From a virus (Duplodnaviria > Caudoviricetes), in IMG/VR virus record IMGVR_UViG_3300009185_000001, positions 1 to 64,000 of that record: a stretch of DNA of 64,000 bases. The stretch is one strand, 5' to 3'. Numbering within the stretch: position 1 is the first letter of the stretch; the number at the start of each line of letters is the position of its first letter. The notes under the pieces were generated by a model. That model did no database searches, was not told the origin of the DNA, and saw only the letters and a program-made list of their open reading frames with translations. This document shows positions 25,897 to 35,225 of the stretch, one piece after another. The position numbers were made by a program, and so were the translations under genes.

Positions 25897-26514
25897 TCAA
25901 GTCCAAAAATATGCTCTCCGTTTAATAAGTTCTATTAAAACTTCTGTATCTCGTTTTTCGATCTCTTCTTCGATTTTATTGACATCTTTATATTTTACTT
26001 CATAAGGAATACCATCATCTACCATTTGAAATAATTTTCTTCCGTTTTCATCCGTTTTAGGTTCAAATATTTCATCAAAACTTCTGTGCGGAGGATAAGC
26101 GTTTTGTAGATCAATTTCCAATTGAGGTCTAATTTTAGTTATATATTCATAAGCTCCTTCCAACCATTTTGCAAATTCACTATGTTTTTCGGTTGCTTCC
26201 CAATCTACAATATCTGCTTTAAATTCTTCTTCATAGAATGCTTTAATAAATTCAAAATTAACACTCACCACCATTTCGGTAACATCAACCCAAGTACGAG
26301 GAATTGCTTTTCTAATACGCTGGTTTTGAGGTTTGAAGATTGGGTTAATCTTATCATAATAGGTCATTCTCCAGCTATAAGGAAACAAATCCCAAGCATC
26401 CCAAAAGCCATATTTTTCAAAAATATAACTCCTTACTTTCCCAAATAGTGTTTCATCTTTTTTTGGAAAGTCTTTCAAGCAGTGATTTTTAGCTATAAAT
26501 TTTTCTTCGTTCAT
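25897..26514 (-). CDS. Hypothetical protein
   Basis: Early-array ORF ending R...WT. Confidence 0.65.
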   Translation of the reverse strand: MNEEKFIAKNHCLKDFPKKDETLFGKVRSYIFEKYGFWDAWDLFPYSWRMTYYDKINPIFKPQNQRIRKAIPRTWVDVTEMVVSVNFEFIKAFYEEEFKADIVDWEATEKHSEFAKWLEGAYEYITKIRPQLEIDLQNAYPPHRSFDEIFEPKTDENGRKLFQMVDDGIPYEVKYKDVNKIEEEIEKRDTEVLIELIKRRAYFWT

Positions 26515-26795
26515 TTTTTATTCATCCATTTAGTGAATTTTTCAGCAGTATCTTGCAAGTGTTTTTCACAAGCAATCATGGCAGCTTCTTCTGTCTTGTA
26601 AAACTTTTTAGAAAATCTTGTTATCTCATCATCGGTTTTAGAAAAGTAAGTACCAGCAATATACTCTTCACTCTCTCTCGAAAGATAGTTTTGATCTACT
26701 ATATACTCCCATCCAATAACAGGAACTACTGCTGAATACCAATAACCTGAGTTATCATCTAACCATATTCTCTTCCAATTTAGTTTAGTTTTCAT
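26511..26795 (-). CDS. Hypothetical protein
   Basis: Overlapping early-array ORF. Confidence 0.6.
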   Translation of the reverse strand: MKTKLNWKRIWLDDNSGYWYSAVVPVIGWEYIVDQNYLSRESEEYIAGTYFSKTDDEITRFSKKFYKTEEAAMIACEKHLQDTAEKFTKWMNKK

Positions 26796-26967
26796 TTTTT
26801 AAAACCTGAACAATGAATGCACACAATCCTGCCATGAATATTAGGAATAACACCCAAGAAATCCATATCCATAAAGGAGATAATACCCAAATCCAAGACC
26901 ATGTTATGTTATTTGTTAATTTTAGTCCTATGAAAAGAACTGTTAGTAGTATTGATAGTAATTTCAT
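26785..26967 (-). CDS. Small phage membrane protein
   Basis: LLTVLFIGLKLT..I.WSW.WVLSPLW motif; start moved to MKLLS. Confidence 0.65.
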   Translation of the reverse strand: MKLLSILLTVLFIGLKLTNNITWSWIWVLSPLWIWISWVLFLIFMAGLCAFIVQVLKNEN

Positions 26968-27374
26968 TTTAAGTTCAATAAATAGTCTATATGCTTTTGA
27001 AGATTTGTCAAGTCTTCTTCTAAAATTCCGCAAACTTCTAATTTTGCCGTTGGTCCGGAATAACTTTTTCGGTCATGTAATTCTATTTCTGGATAGTATT
27101 TTAAATCAAATGTAAAATAATCTTCAAACACTGGCATGAGTGCTTCAAGATGGAGTCTTTTGGTTTTTTCGTTTTTACTTTTAAATCCGAATTGCCACCA
27201 TAATGAGGATTCTTCTATATCTGGTTTTTCTTTAGCAACCGACATATCTTTCCAATTACCACAATAACGACCATCAGCATACCATATGAATTCAAGATTT
27301 TCAAAACCATGTTCTTTTAGAATTTCTCTAAAAGAATCTACTTTTTTAGTTATTTTGATTAATTCTGGACTCAT
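26964..27374 (-). CDS. Hypothetical protein
   Basis: Early-array ORF; start moved to MSPELI. Confidence 0.6.
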   Translation of the reverse strand: MSPELIKITKKVDSFREILKEHGFENLEFIWYADGRYCGNWKDMSVAKEKPDIEESSLWWQFGFKSKNEKTKRLHLEALMPVFEDYFTFDLKYYPEIELHDRKSYSGPTAKLEVCGILEEDLTNLQKHIDYLLNLK

Positions 27375-27610
27375 GTAATTTTTTCTAAAAATGTTCTGGC
27401 GATTTGCCCCATGCTTTTCCAATCTTCGTAGGTATCATCACCATCAATATAAATTTCTTCAATTTTCATTATTGCGTCTATTGCTGCGTCTCGTTGATTG
27501 TAAATTTTATTAACTTCCAGCATATTTTCTGTTGCAAGTTTGTCGTAATCTTCGAGCGCTATGCATTTTGTTCCATCAGCCAGTTCTATTATTTGAGGCA
27601 TATGATTCAT
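27371..27610 (-). CDS. Hypothetical protein
   Basis: Overlapping early-array ORF. Confidence 0.6.
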   Translation of the reverse strand: MNHMPQIIELADGTKCIALEDYDKLATENMLEVNKIYNQRDAAIDAIMKIEEIYIDGDDTYEDWKSMGQIARTFLEKIT

Positions 27611-27912
27611 TTTAAAACTTTTTCTTTTTGTTTCAATATTCTATCCTTTGCTTCAGCCCAAAATTTTTGCCTCTCTTCACTGTCTTTATCAGTTTTAGGA
27701 GTATCGCAAAGATTCCAGAATGCGCTATTGATCATTTTATCTCTTTGTGCATCAGTAACAAACTCGCCCCGCCTATGTGCATAACTCCAAGTATCCGCAT
27801 TCTCTACCAACTCTCTAATACCATCATTATTACAAGATACAATAAACATATTAATCTTGTGCAAAAAAGACTCGTACTGTAAAATTTTTTCTTTGTTTGT
27901 GGGGCTTTTCAT
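27607..27912 (-). CDS. Hypothetical protein
   Basis: Early-array ORF; start moved to MKSPT. Confidence 0.55.
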   Translation of the reverse strand: MKSPTNKEKILQYESFLHKINMFIVSCNNDGIRELVENADTWSYAHRRGEFVTDAQRDKMINSAFWNLCDTPKTDKDSEERQKFWAEAKDRILKQKEKVLK

Positions 27913-27934
27913 ATAGTTAATATTAGCGGAATTG

Positions 27935-28306
27935 TTAGGACAGGGCAAGCCTTTTTACTAGTTTGCCGCTCTCGTCATACATATAATCTTGAATCATATT
28001 ACCAACAATTTCTAAAGAGTCAAGATGAATATCAACAATTTTATGATACCAATCTACAACATAACAGCAAAGATCATAGCTATATATTACCTCTCCCATT
28101 ATATCCAACCCTTCCGAACCGTATATACCTTTTACTACATCGCCCTCATAAACTTCTTTCATGCGCGAATCTAAAATTCCAAGAAATTGCTGAACGGGAT
28201 ATGAGTGCTGAGAAAGCAAACGATCAGGAGCAGTAATATTATCAAGTTCAAAGTATTCAAACTTCTTCTGAATGTTGTCCCAAACTCTAAATTTTTTATT
28301 GTTCAT
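27935..28306 (-). CDS. YopX-family protein, copy 1
   Basis: KFRVWD...QF.G..D....E.YEGD.V...E.VGN. Confidence 0.75.
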   Translation of the reverse strand: MNNKKFRVWDNIQKKFEYFELDNITAPDRLLSQHSYPVQQFLGILDSRMKEVYEGDVVKGIYGSEGLDIMGEVIYSYDLCCYVVDWYHKIVDIHLDSLEIVGNMIQDYMYDESGKLVKRLALS

Positions 28307-28572
28307 TTATCTTCTCCAAAAATTAATTTGTGTAATTTATCCAACCCTTCTTGATGAACATCCCATTCTCTTTTTAGACCCAAACAATAGCAAATCTTTT
28401 CTGCTAGAGGATAAAGAAAGTCTTGTTCATATTTCAAGTATACATAAAGATAATGAGGTTTTCTGGTCTTAAACAATCTCATTAACCACATGATTATATT
28501 TGCAATAAATTCAGAGATTCTGAATAAACCACCCACTATTACAATACTAACAATTTTTTGTTTGAGTGTCAT
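28303..28572 (-). CDS. Hypothetical protein
   Basis: Overlapping early-array ORF. Confidence 0.55.
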   Translation of the reverse strand: MTLKQKIVSIVIVGGLFRISEFIANIIMWLMRLFKTRKPHYLYVYLKYEQDFLYPLAEKICYCLGLKREWDVHQEGLDKLHKLIFGEDK

Positions 28573-28883
28573 AAAGGCTTTTGCCAGATTGGATCACTTG
28601 TTACCCATTCTTTCCATTCATTAACGTCTGGTTTGAGATGATATTCTCCAAAAGAATTCCAATCTTCTTCTGTCATTCTGAAATCAGGTCCATTTGTAGT
28701 TTTTAAAGGCATTGCTTCTTCTGGATAGTTATATTTTGCTGTAACTTCAATATTATTAGCAGCAAGTGTTCTCAAAAATTCATCATATTGCTTAAGGATC
28801 ATAAATGAATTACCACCAGCATTCATAAGAGCTTCACCAAGTTGCATGAAGTTCTTTAGATATATATCCACGTTTTCTTCCAT
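28569..28883 (-). CDS. Hypothetical protein
   Basis: Overlapping early-array ORF. Confidence 0.55.
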   Translation of the reverse strand: MEENVDIYLKNFMQLGEALMNAGGNSFMILKQYDEFLRTLAANNIEVTAKYNYPEEAMPLKTTNGPDFRMTEEDWNSFGEYHLKPDVNEWKEWVTSDPIWQKPL

Positions 28884-28891
28884 ATTATTTC

Positions 28892-29134
28892 TTAGTTTTT
28901 ATTTCTCTCGTTTTTAAGCATTGCAAGAGTCTTTGTCAATTCTCTAATATCTTTCTCTATTGTCTCTGCCCAATTTTTGTTTTTTAGAGTGGTTCTTCCA
29001 AGACCAGTATCATGTACAGCTAAACACTCTTTAGCATATTCAAGTCCCGCTTCTACAGCGGAAATTGCTGCATATATTGTATCTTTTTCCACTTTCCAAA
29101 TTTCTGGTTGATATTCTATAAAAATTTTGTCCAT
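28892..29134 (-). CDS. Hypothetical protein
   Basis: Early-array ORF. Confidence 0.55.
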   Translation of the reverse strand: MDKIFIEYQPEIWKVEKDTIYAAISAVEAGLEYAKECLAVHDTGLGRTTLKNKNWAETIEKDIRELTKTLAMLKNERNKN

Positions 29135-29135
29135 G

Positions 29136-29507
29136 TTATTCCTCCCATTCTCCGATTGTTTTCAGAAAAGCCTCTGCGCGTTGGGCAGCGGTGGCCTGTA
29201 GAACAAACGCCCAGTCAGGGGCGGATTCGGGAAGACGTCCGAGGTCGCTGCAAATGCAGAGGTTGTCCATCCACGTTTTGGTAGCTCGCCAAGATTTGAA
29301 GATAGTGCTGGTACGTTCTGCTTCGTGCATAACGTTTAGGTCATTGCAGTAGTTTGGAAGTTGGGCCATCCCATTTTCGTATGTACCGTAAATCGTGGGA
29401 TTATTCGGCGGCGGAAAGCCTTTTGTTAGCTTGAGAGATTCTACAAATACGCAGTCCGTCCACCCACACGTTTCCGCAATTGCAATATTGATTTGTTCGT
29501 TTGTCAT
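29136..29507 (-). CDS. Conserved phage protein, GC-rich
   Basis: INIAIAE.CGW...PNYC.DLN.MH.AE...ATA.QRAEAFL. Confidence 0.65.
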   Translation of the reverse strand: MTNEQINIAIAETCGWTDCVFVESLKLTKGFPPPNNPTIYGTYENGMAQLPNYCNDLNVMHEAERTSTIFKSWRATKTWMDNLCICSDLGRLPESAPDWAFVLQATAAQRAEAFLKTIGEWEE

Positions 29508-29513
29508 AGTTTA

Positions 29514-29542
29514 ATATTAGAGATTGTTTGAGGAATAGTCAA
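29514..29542 (-). promoter_or_regulatory. Sigma70-type early promoter
   Basis: TTGACT-N17-TAATAT. Confidence 0.6.
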
Positions 29543-29961
29543 GATTTATTTTCTTTTTTAATAAATTCACAATCACTCAACCAACAATCACAAACCAAAC
29601 ATTCTCCATTATGGTCTGGATTACAAGGCAATTGAAAAATATTTCCAACTACTTCAAAGTATTTCATATAATCCATTAAGTCTTCAAAAGTTTCAAAAGC
29701 ATTCTTAGTTCTAACTCCAAAAGATGCTCTGTCTTCAAGCCATACAACTTCACCAAAAAAGTCTACTTTTCCAGTATAGCCAAACCTTACTCTATCACCT
29801 TCATAGATTGGTTTTTTATTCTTGTCATAGAGTCCAGTATATTGCTGAACTGGAAATTTGTCTTGAGTTAGCAATATATTTGGAACTGTAATATTATTAA
29901 GTTCAAAATATTCAAACTTCTTTTGTTCATTGTCCCAAATGCGGAATTTTTTATTGCTCAT
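29539..29961 (-). CDS. YopX-family protein, copy 2, with Cys-rich tail
   Basis: KFRIWD...QYTGLYDKN..PIYEGD...EVVGN; start moved to MSNKKF. Confidence 0.8.
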   Translation of the reverse strand: MSNKKFRIWDNEQKKFEYFELNNITVPNILLTQDKFPVQQYTGLYDKNKKPIYEGDRVRFGYTGKVDFFGEVVWLEDRASFGVRTKNAFETFEDLMDYMKYFEVVGNIFQLPCNPDHNGECLVCDCWLSDCEFIKKENKS

Positions 29962-30112
29962 TTTGTGTTTCCTGCATAGCCTTTTCCATATCACCATAGA
30001 TACTATTTGAGATATAATCTTCTCCTGCATCATATAAAGCATCTATTGCTTTTTTTAGGAGTTTTAATAATTCCAACTCTAATTTTGTTAGTTTTTTATT
30101 GTTAATTTTCAT
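29951..30112 (-). CDS. Small hypothetical protein (53 aa, not in the ORF track)
   Basis: MKINNKKL...ETQNEQ overlaps both YopX neighbours. Confidence 0.5.
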   Translation of the reverse strand: MKINNKKLTKLELELLKLLKKAIDALYDAGEDYISNSIYGDMEKAMQETQNEQ

Positions 30113-30542
30113 TGTTTAAAAGTTCTTTAGATTCGAAGATATTTCCAATTACTTCATAACTATAAGAAAGATATCGAAAATCATCCATATCATCATAACC
30201 TTTATAAGCAATTAGAAAAGCAGCCTTCATTTCCCACCAAACTACCTGTCCTATCTCTAACCCGCCATCAATTGTTTTATATTCTATTTTCCCATCCTTA
30301 ACATCAGGACGAGTAAAACTTCTTTGAACATTGACTATATCACCTTCATAGATTGGTTTTTTGTTCTTGTCGTAGAGTCCAGTAAATTGCTGAACAACAT
30401 ATTCATCACCACCAGAACCATTCTGAAAGTTTTGAAATTGTCCGTTCAAAGTAAGAACATAATGTCCCTGATATCCTTTGTCTGGATAGGTGAATTGTTT
30501 TGCTGGTTTATCCCAAGCTCGGAATTTAAGTTGTCTTTGCAT
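30102..30542 (-). CDS. YopX-family protein, copy 3
   Basis: LKFRAWD...QFTGLYDKN..PIYEGDIV...EVIGNI.E. Confidence 0.85.
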   Translation of the reverse strand: MQRQLKFRAWDKPAKQFTYPDKGYQGHYVLTLNGQFQNFQNGSGGDEYVVQQFTGLYDKNKKPIYEGDIVNVQRSFTRPDVKDGKIEYKTIDGGLEIGQVVWWEMKAAFLIAYKGYDDMDDFRYLSYSYEVIGNIFESKELLNNEN

Positions 30543-30798
30543 ATTTCTTTCTCTCCATTCTAACTTCTTTTCTCTTCATGTCAAGTTTTTTGATTTGTTC
30601 TTCAAGTTTCTTGTTTCTATGTTTTTCAAAACCAAAATCAAAATCCCCAAAAGGAGTTATCATTTTATAGAGTTTTGTAATTTCTCTATCTAACTTTTGT
30701 AATTTTTTAAAAATGGTCGAAAGTACACGACTCGAACGTGTGCCACTCGTACGTCTACGGCTGTTCTCTCCACCTAAACTAACTTTCGAAATTTTCAT
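30526..30798 (-). CDS. Hypothetical basic protein
   Basis: Overlapping early-array ORF. Confidence 0.5.
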   Translation of the reverse strand: MKISKVSLGGENSRRRTSGTRSSRVLSTIFKKLQKLDREITKLYKMITPFGDFDFGFEKHRNKKLEEQIKKLDMKRKEVRMERKKYAKTT

Positions 30799-30822
30799 AA
30801 ATTACTTTGTGAGTATACCCCC

Positions 30823-31065
30823 TTATTTTAGGTAGGCTAATTTAGCTATTGATTTTTCTTTTGTAGGTATCCAGCTATGATACAAAAGATCAGTACATTT
30901 TTTTATTTTATAGATCTTAATAACATTTTTAGAATGATATTTTATAACAAAATCTTTATCTTTTACTTTGAAGAAATATGGATCATCTGCCCAGTATACT
31001 TTCTTTAGTTTACCATTTTTACTAAAAATTCTCCAATATTTGTTAGCATTACAACAATCACACAT
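30823..31065 (-). CDS. Hypothetical protein
   Basis: Early-array ORF. Confidence 0.5.
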   Translation of the reverse strand: MCDCCNANKYWRIFSKNGKLKKVYWADDPYFFKVKDKDFVIKYHSKNVIKIYKIKKCTDLLYHSWIPTKEKSIAKLAYLK

Positions 31066-31105
31066 ATAAATTATCCTCCACTTTTTTAATTTCTGTTTTC
31101 ATAAA

Positions 31106-31312
31106 TTATTTTGGAATTTTCACTTCTCCTGTAAGAACATAACAATTGTGAACTTCTCTAGCAAATTCCATTTTGTTCATTTGATCGTGTAAAATATTAA
31201 TATAATCTTGTTTGTTATCTTCAAAAAGATTTGGATTGAATTTCATATCAGCAATCTTATCACTAAGCATTGCTCGAATCTTATCTATTTGTTTATCAAA
31301 ATGTGTTTTCAT
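31106..31312 (-). CDS. Hypothetical protein
   Basis: Early-array ORF; start moved to MKTHF. Confidence 0.5.
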   Translation of the reverse strand: MKTHFDKQIDKIRAMLSDKIADMKFNPNLFEDNKQDYINILHDQMNKMEFAREVHNCYVLTGEVKIPK

Positions 31313-31535
31313 GTTCTTTGTATATCGCATTGTGCAGAAAAGCAAAAGCATTTTCTGCTCTTTCTCCCCACTCATATTCTCTACCATTAGACCAATCCAA
31401 GCAATTCAAAATTGCCTCTCGATACATATCTCTTTCTTTTTTTATTTTGGAATAAATTTCAAGCCAATCAGCAGGTGATAATTCTTTACATTTAAAATTA
31501 GAATCACCAGTAGTATCACTCATAATATTTTTCAT
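31296..31535 (-). CDS. Hypothetical protein
   Basis: Overlapping early-array ORF. Confidence 0.55.
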   Translation of the reverse strand: MKNIMSDTTGDSNFKCKELSPADWLEIYSKIKKERDMYREAILNCLDWSNGREYEWGERAENAFAFLHNAIYKEHENTF

Positions 31536-31539
31536 AATG

Positions 31540-31761
31540 TTAATTTACTTTAATTTTTTGATAACCAATTTCTTCAATTACTTCACCATCTTTAAGCAAA
31601 CGGTGCTTATAGTTCTGATTATAATAACTTTTTAACATACTCCAAGCACCCTCTGCAAATGACTTTTGCATACAATCAAAAGGAAATAAAAGGGTCCATT
31701 TGTTTTGTTCGGGGTTATCAGGATATTCCCAAAGTCTTTCAATTTTATAGAGGCTTTTCAT
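31540..31761 (-). CDS. Hypothetical protein
   Basis: Early-array ORF. Confidence 0.55.
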   Translation of the reverse strand: MKSLYKIERLWEYPDNPEQNKWTLLFPFDCMQKSFAEGAWSMLKSYYNQNYKHRLLKDGEVIEEIGYQKIKVN

Positions 31762-32124
31762 TTAAAGTTTAAATTGTTTGTCGTTTCCAAAATGTATTGA
31801 ACAAAGCATATCTACGCAACCATGAATTTCTCTCATTAAATTGGGATGAGGATTGCTAAAAAAACTTTCTGGATAATCGGAACCAGTAGAAATAGAACGA
31901 ACTGGTTCTAAAGTTTCAGAGTCTTTTATTACAATCTCAACAAAGTATCTTTTGTCTTTCATTGAATTAGTGAATGTCTTAAGTTTATTAATTGTTTTTT
32001 CAATTGCTTCAAATTTCTCTTTATCATCTCTATAGCTATCTTGCTCCATTTCAAGCCAATATATATCTTTAGATGAAAGGTTTTTTTCTTTTGTCAATAC
32101 TTCGGTATCGTCTGGATCTCTCAT
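31762..32124 (-). CDS. Hypothetical protein
   Basis: Abutting early-array ORF. Confidence 0.55.
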   Translation of the reverse strand: MRDPDDTEVLTKEKNLSSKDIYWLEMEQDSYRDDKEKFEAIEKTINKLKTFTNSMKDKRYFVEIVIKDSETLEPVRSISTGSDYPESFFSNPHPNLMREIHGCVDMLCSIHFGNDKQFKL

Positions 32125-32266
32125 AATTTATTTTGCAAAAGAATTAACCATGGCATAAACGTAAAAACATGGCAAAAAGGTAAAAAGCTAATGAGCAAAC
32201 AAATGCAAACCAAATAAATGCTTTGCCAAATTTTTCAAATAATGGGTTCATGTAATCAATATAGAA

Positions 32267-32602
32267 TTATTCGTAGGACAAGTCAAGCCAATTTGTATCG
32301 TCTGGCATTATTTCTACATTTACTCCAGCTTCTTTGGATTTGTTGATAATGTCCTGCAAAACTCCGTGACCATAGATAGTAGCACCATAACGATTTTCAT
32401 TGCAAGAATAAACAGAACCAGAATAACCTTTAAACAGATAAAAATTTTCTTCTTTTGTAACTTTTGTAATACCGCTATTTAGTTTCCAAGAGTCTTCACT
32501 TAAATAACCTCCATACCAACAAGCAAATACTTTATAAGTCAAAGGAAATTTTTTTCCCTCAATCTTGACAACTAGCCATTTGTCCGGTGTGTATTGTTTC
32601 AT
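32267..32602 (-). CDS. Conserved phage hypothetical protein
   Basis: YTPD.W.VVKI...YKVF..W.GGY...DSWKLNSGI motif. Confidence 0.7.
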   Translation of the reverse strand: MKQYTPDKWLVVKIEGKKFPLTYKVFACWYGGYLSEDSWKLNSGITKVTKEENFYLFKGYSGSVYSCNENRYGATIYGHGVLQDIINKSKEAGVNVEIMPDDTNWLDLSYE

Positions 32603-32665
32603 AAATTACTATTTAAAATATTTTAAAGTATTTTTAATTTTTACTCTAAAAATACATTCATCTGA

Positions 32666-32673
32666 GATAAGTA
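32666..32673 (+). promoter_or_regulatory. Late promoter motif upstream of tnpB
   Basis: GATAAGTA 6 nt before the ATG at 32680. Confidence 0.5.
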
Positions 32674-32679
32674 TAATAA

Positions 32680-33942
32680 ATGATCGGGAAATGTCAAGAA
32701 CTAAAAGAGAACGAAATGCATAAAGCATTTAAGTTCCGTTTGCTTCCTACAAAGGAGCAAGAAGTTCTTTTAGCAAAGCACTTTGGATGTTCTAGATTCA
32801 TCTATAATCACTTTTTATCTGAAAAGCAAAAACATTATTTGGAAAACAAAACAACGTTGAATTTTAATCAATGTGCAGGAAATTTAGTAGCTAAGAAAAA
32901 AGAAGAAGGATATGAATGGTTAAAAGAAGTTAATTCGCAAGTTCTTATATCCACTCTAATGAATTTGGAAACAGCTTATGGCAATTTTTTTAAAAAGAAA
33001 TCTAAGTTCCCTCGTTTTAAATCAAAAAAGAATAAAAATTCGTTTCAGATCCCTCAACATATTTCTTTAAAAGAAGAAAATGTAGTTCAAATACCAAAGT
33101 TCAAAGAAGGATTAAAATTTGTTAAACATAGAGAACTAAAAGGAGAAATTAAATCAGCAACCATTTCCAAATTAACTACAGGAAAATACTACATTTCCTT
33201 CCTGTGCGTTGTGGAAAAGCCAATTAAACACAAGAAAACAGGAAAGAGCATTGGAATTGATTTGGGGTTGAAAGACTTCATTATTACTTCTGAAGAACAG
33301 AGATATTGTAATCCGAAGTTCACTAAGAAGTATGAAGCTAAGTTAGCTAAAAAGCAAAGAATTTTAAGTAGAAAAGAAAAAGGATCAAAAGGAAGAGACA
33401 AAGCTAGAATAGCTGTTGCAAAGGTACATGAGAAGATAACCAATTCTCGTAATGATATGCAACATAAAGTTTCTTCTAAGTTAGTAAAAGACTACGATCT
33501 AATTGCAATAGAAGACCTGAATGTTAAAGGAATGGTTAAAAACCATAAACTCGCTAAAGCAATATCAGATGTAGCTTGGTCAAGCTTTGTGACCAAATTA
33601 AAGTACAAAGCACAATGGAATGATAAAGAAGTGATCACTATAGATCGTTTTTATCCTTCCAGCAAAACATGTAGTTGCTGTGATCAGGTCAAAGAGAGTC
33701 TTTCATTGGATGAAAGAACTTGGACTTGTTCTAAATGCAATACAATACATGATAGAGATGTTAATGCTTCAAAGAATATTTTAAGAAGAGCATTAGCAAT
33801 TCAATCGGCAGGAACTGTCGATAACAGGAATGGAGCTAAGGTAAGACCAAAGGAGATCTCAAAGGTTTCTAGAGGCACTGGCGTTGAAGTTCTTAAAAAG
33901 AAGAATGGACGTAAGTACATTCTGAAGCCAGTAGGTCTTTAG
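32680..33942 (+). CDS. tnpB: IS200/IS605-family RNA-guided endonuclease TnpB
   Basis: HKAFKFRLLPT..Q HTH; RuvC GIDLG, IEDL, DRD.NA; CSCC/CSKC zinc finger. Confidence 0.95.
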   Translation: MIGKCQELKENEMHKAFKFRLLPTKEQEVLLAKHFGCSRFIYNHFLSEKQKHYLENKTTLNFNQCAGNLVAKKKEEGYEWLKEVNSQVLISTLMNLETAYGNFFKKKSKFPRFKSKKNKNSFQIPQHISLKEENVVQIPKFKEGLKFVKHRELKGEIKSATISKLTTGKYYISFLCVVEKPIKHKKTGKSIGIDLGLKDFIITSEEQRYCNPKFTKKYEAKLAKKQRILSRKEKGSKGRDKARIAVAKVHEKITNSRNDMQHKVSSKLVKDYDLIAIEDLNVKGMVKNHKLAKAISDVAWSSFVTKLKYKAQWNDKEVITIDRFYPSSKTCSCCDQVKESLSLDERTWTCSKCNTIHDRDVNASKNILRRALAIQSAGTVDNRNGAKVRPKEISKVSRGTGVEVLKKKNGRKYILKPVGL

Positions 33943-33958
33943 CCTACTGGCAGTTCAC
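33805..33958 (+). mobile_element. IS605-type right end / omega-RNA scaffold
   Basis: Hairpin CCAGTAGG(33928-35)/CCTACTGG(33943-50) ending GCAGTTCAC at 33958; overlaps the tnpB 3' end; 5' boundary approximate. Confidence 0.75.
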
Positions 33959-33973
33959 CTGGACAATACTCAC

Positions 33974-34297
33974 TCACGATTCAATAATAAATTCACCCTC
34001 TTTGCATTTATCTGGAGAAAGATATAAAGAAATTGTTTGTTCTTCATTAACCCATGTTCCAAAAAGAACTGGAAATTCTAAAGTATCTCCGTCATTCTTT
34101 TCGACTTTATATTTTGAAGACATTTGAATGTATTTGTAAATTTTTGGTCCACAATATAGAGTATTAAGATCTACACTGTACTTCCCATAAAAACTCTTTG
34201 TACTAGACAAAAATTCATCAATTTTTTTAATGATTTCGCTAGGAGTTAGTGTAGATATATTTTCTATTATATTTTCTAGTTCGTATGTTATTTTCAT
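33974..34297 (-). CDS. Hypothetical protein
   Basis: Early-array ORF. Confidence 0.55.
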   Translation of the reverse strand: MKITYELENIIENISTLTPSEIIKKIDEFLSSTKSFYGKYSVDLNTLYCGPKIYKYIQMSSKYKVEKNDGDTLEFPVLFGTWVNEEQTISLYLSPDKCKEGEFIIES

Positions 34298-34300
34298 AAA

Positions 34301-34501
34301 TTAAAAATGATCTGGAATGTTTCTAATAGCTTGATCAAGCTTCTTATACAGGTTTGGAATCTTTGTTTCGTTTTGTTTTTCTTCGGTATATAGTTTTCCT
34401 TCAAACCAAATCTTACCAGTAGAGTCTTTTATTTCAATTTTATGAAATATAGTTTCATTTTGAAACATTCTATAAATTTTTGTTGTTAATTCGTCGTTCA
34501 T
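34301..34501 (-). CDS. Hypothetical protein
   Basis: Early-array ORF. Confidence 0.5.
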   Translation of the reverse strand: MNDELTTKIYRMFQNETIFHKIEIKDSTGKIWFEGKLYTEEKQNETKIPNLYKKLDQAIRNIPDHF

Positions 34502-34734
34502 AAATCTTCAATAATATCAAACCAAGTTAGTTCTACTTCTTCGTTTGTTTCTTCTAGTATAACACCAGTTGAAGAAGAAGCAACACTAATTTTCTTTACT
34601 GTATAAACTTGTCCAGATACTAGCTTCTTTGCATTCTCAATTCTATTTGTGAACCAATGCATAGTGGATTCTCTAAACCTAATCTTGTCTCCAACTTTGG
34701 TGTTTTGGTATGTTGCGTATTTTCTAGGTATCAT
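34498..34734 (-). CDS. Hypothetical protein (SH3-like)
   Basis: KVGDKI.F...L..G.VYTV pattern. Confidence 0.55.
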   Translation of the reverse strand: MIPRKYATYQNTKVGDKIRFRESTMHWFTNRIENAKKLVSGQVYTVKKISVASSSTGVILEETNEEVELTWFDIIEDL

Positions 34735-35225
34735 TCTAATATATGTCCTCTAAATGTGTATCTCAGTTCAGGGTTATCTAGGCGATATGGAACAAAACTA
34801 GCACTGTCACATCCTTTAGTTTTAACAGAAACAATAATCATATACAATAGATATTTCTTGCATTTAAGATATTCTCTTAAATCCTGCATCGTCTTAAAAG
34901 TTTTATTTGATGCTGCTTCTACCTTAGTTTTATATTTAAAAATGGGTGCTGTAATATAACCCGAAGCATCTTTGATTGTCTCATAATCAAAGTTAAAATC
35001 GGAACATTCAGTCAACCATAAATCTGGTACTCTATCTGGATTAGGTCCAGATCCTTCCGTATTTTTACCAAGAATATCAATCTGTTTTATAGTTTCTAAC
35101 CATTCGATTGCATCCGTTATACAATTCAAATCGTTTTTATCAGCCTCGTCTTGAACTATATTAGATTTAATTTCATCTAGTTCTTTTGTTATTATGCTTG
35201 TTAATGTTTCTATTTCTGTATTCAT
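34731..35225 (-). CDS. Hypothetical protein
   Basis: Overlapping early-array ORF. Confidence 0.55.
   Translation of the reverse strand: MNTEIETLTSIITKELDEIKSNIVQDEADKNDLNCITDAIEWLETIKQIDILGKNTEGSGPNPDRVPDLWLTECSDFNFDYETIKDASGYITAPIFKYKTKVEAASNKTFKTMQDLREYLKCKKYLLYMIIVSVKTKGCDSASFVPYRLDNPELRYTFRGHILE

Noticed and set aside
29795-30395. 56-bp near-identical pair as a DGR template/variable repeat
   Set aside because: The three differences are not adenine-specific, both copies are in coding YopX motifs, and no reverse transcriptase is present
32128-32251. Short hydrophobic ORF with a possible frameshift in a T-run
   Set aside because: Only 35 aa; either frame is plausible and nothing supports programmed slippage
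32612-32627. TTTAAAATATTTTAAA palindrome as the IS left end
   Set aside because: Pure A/T, likely by chance at this composition, and unlike IS605 subterminal hairpins
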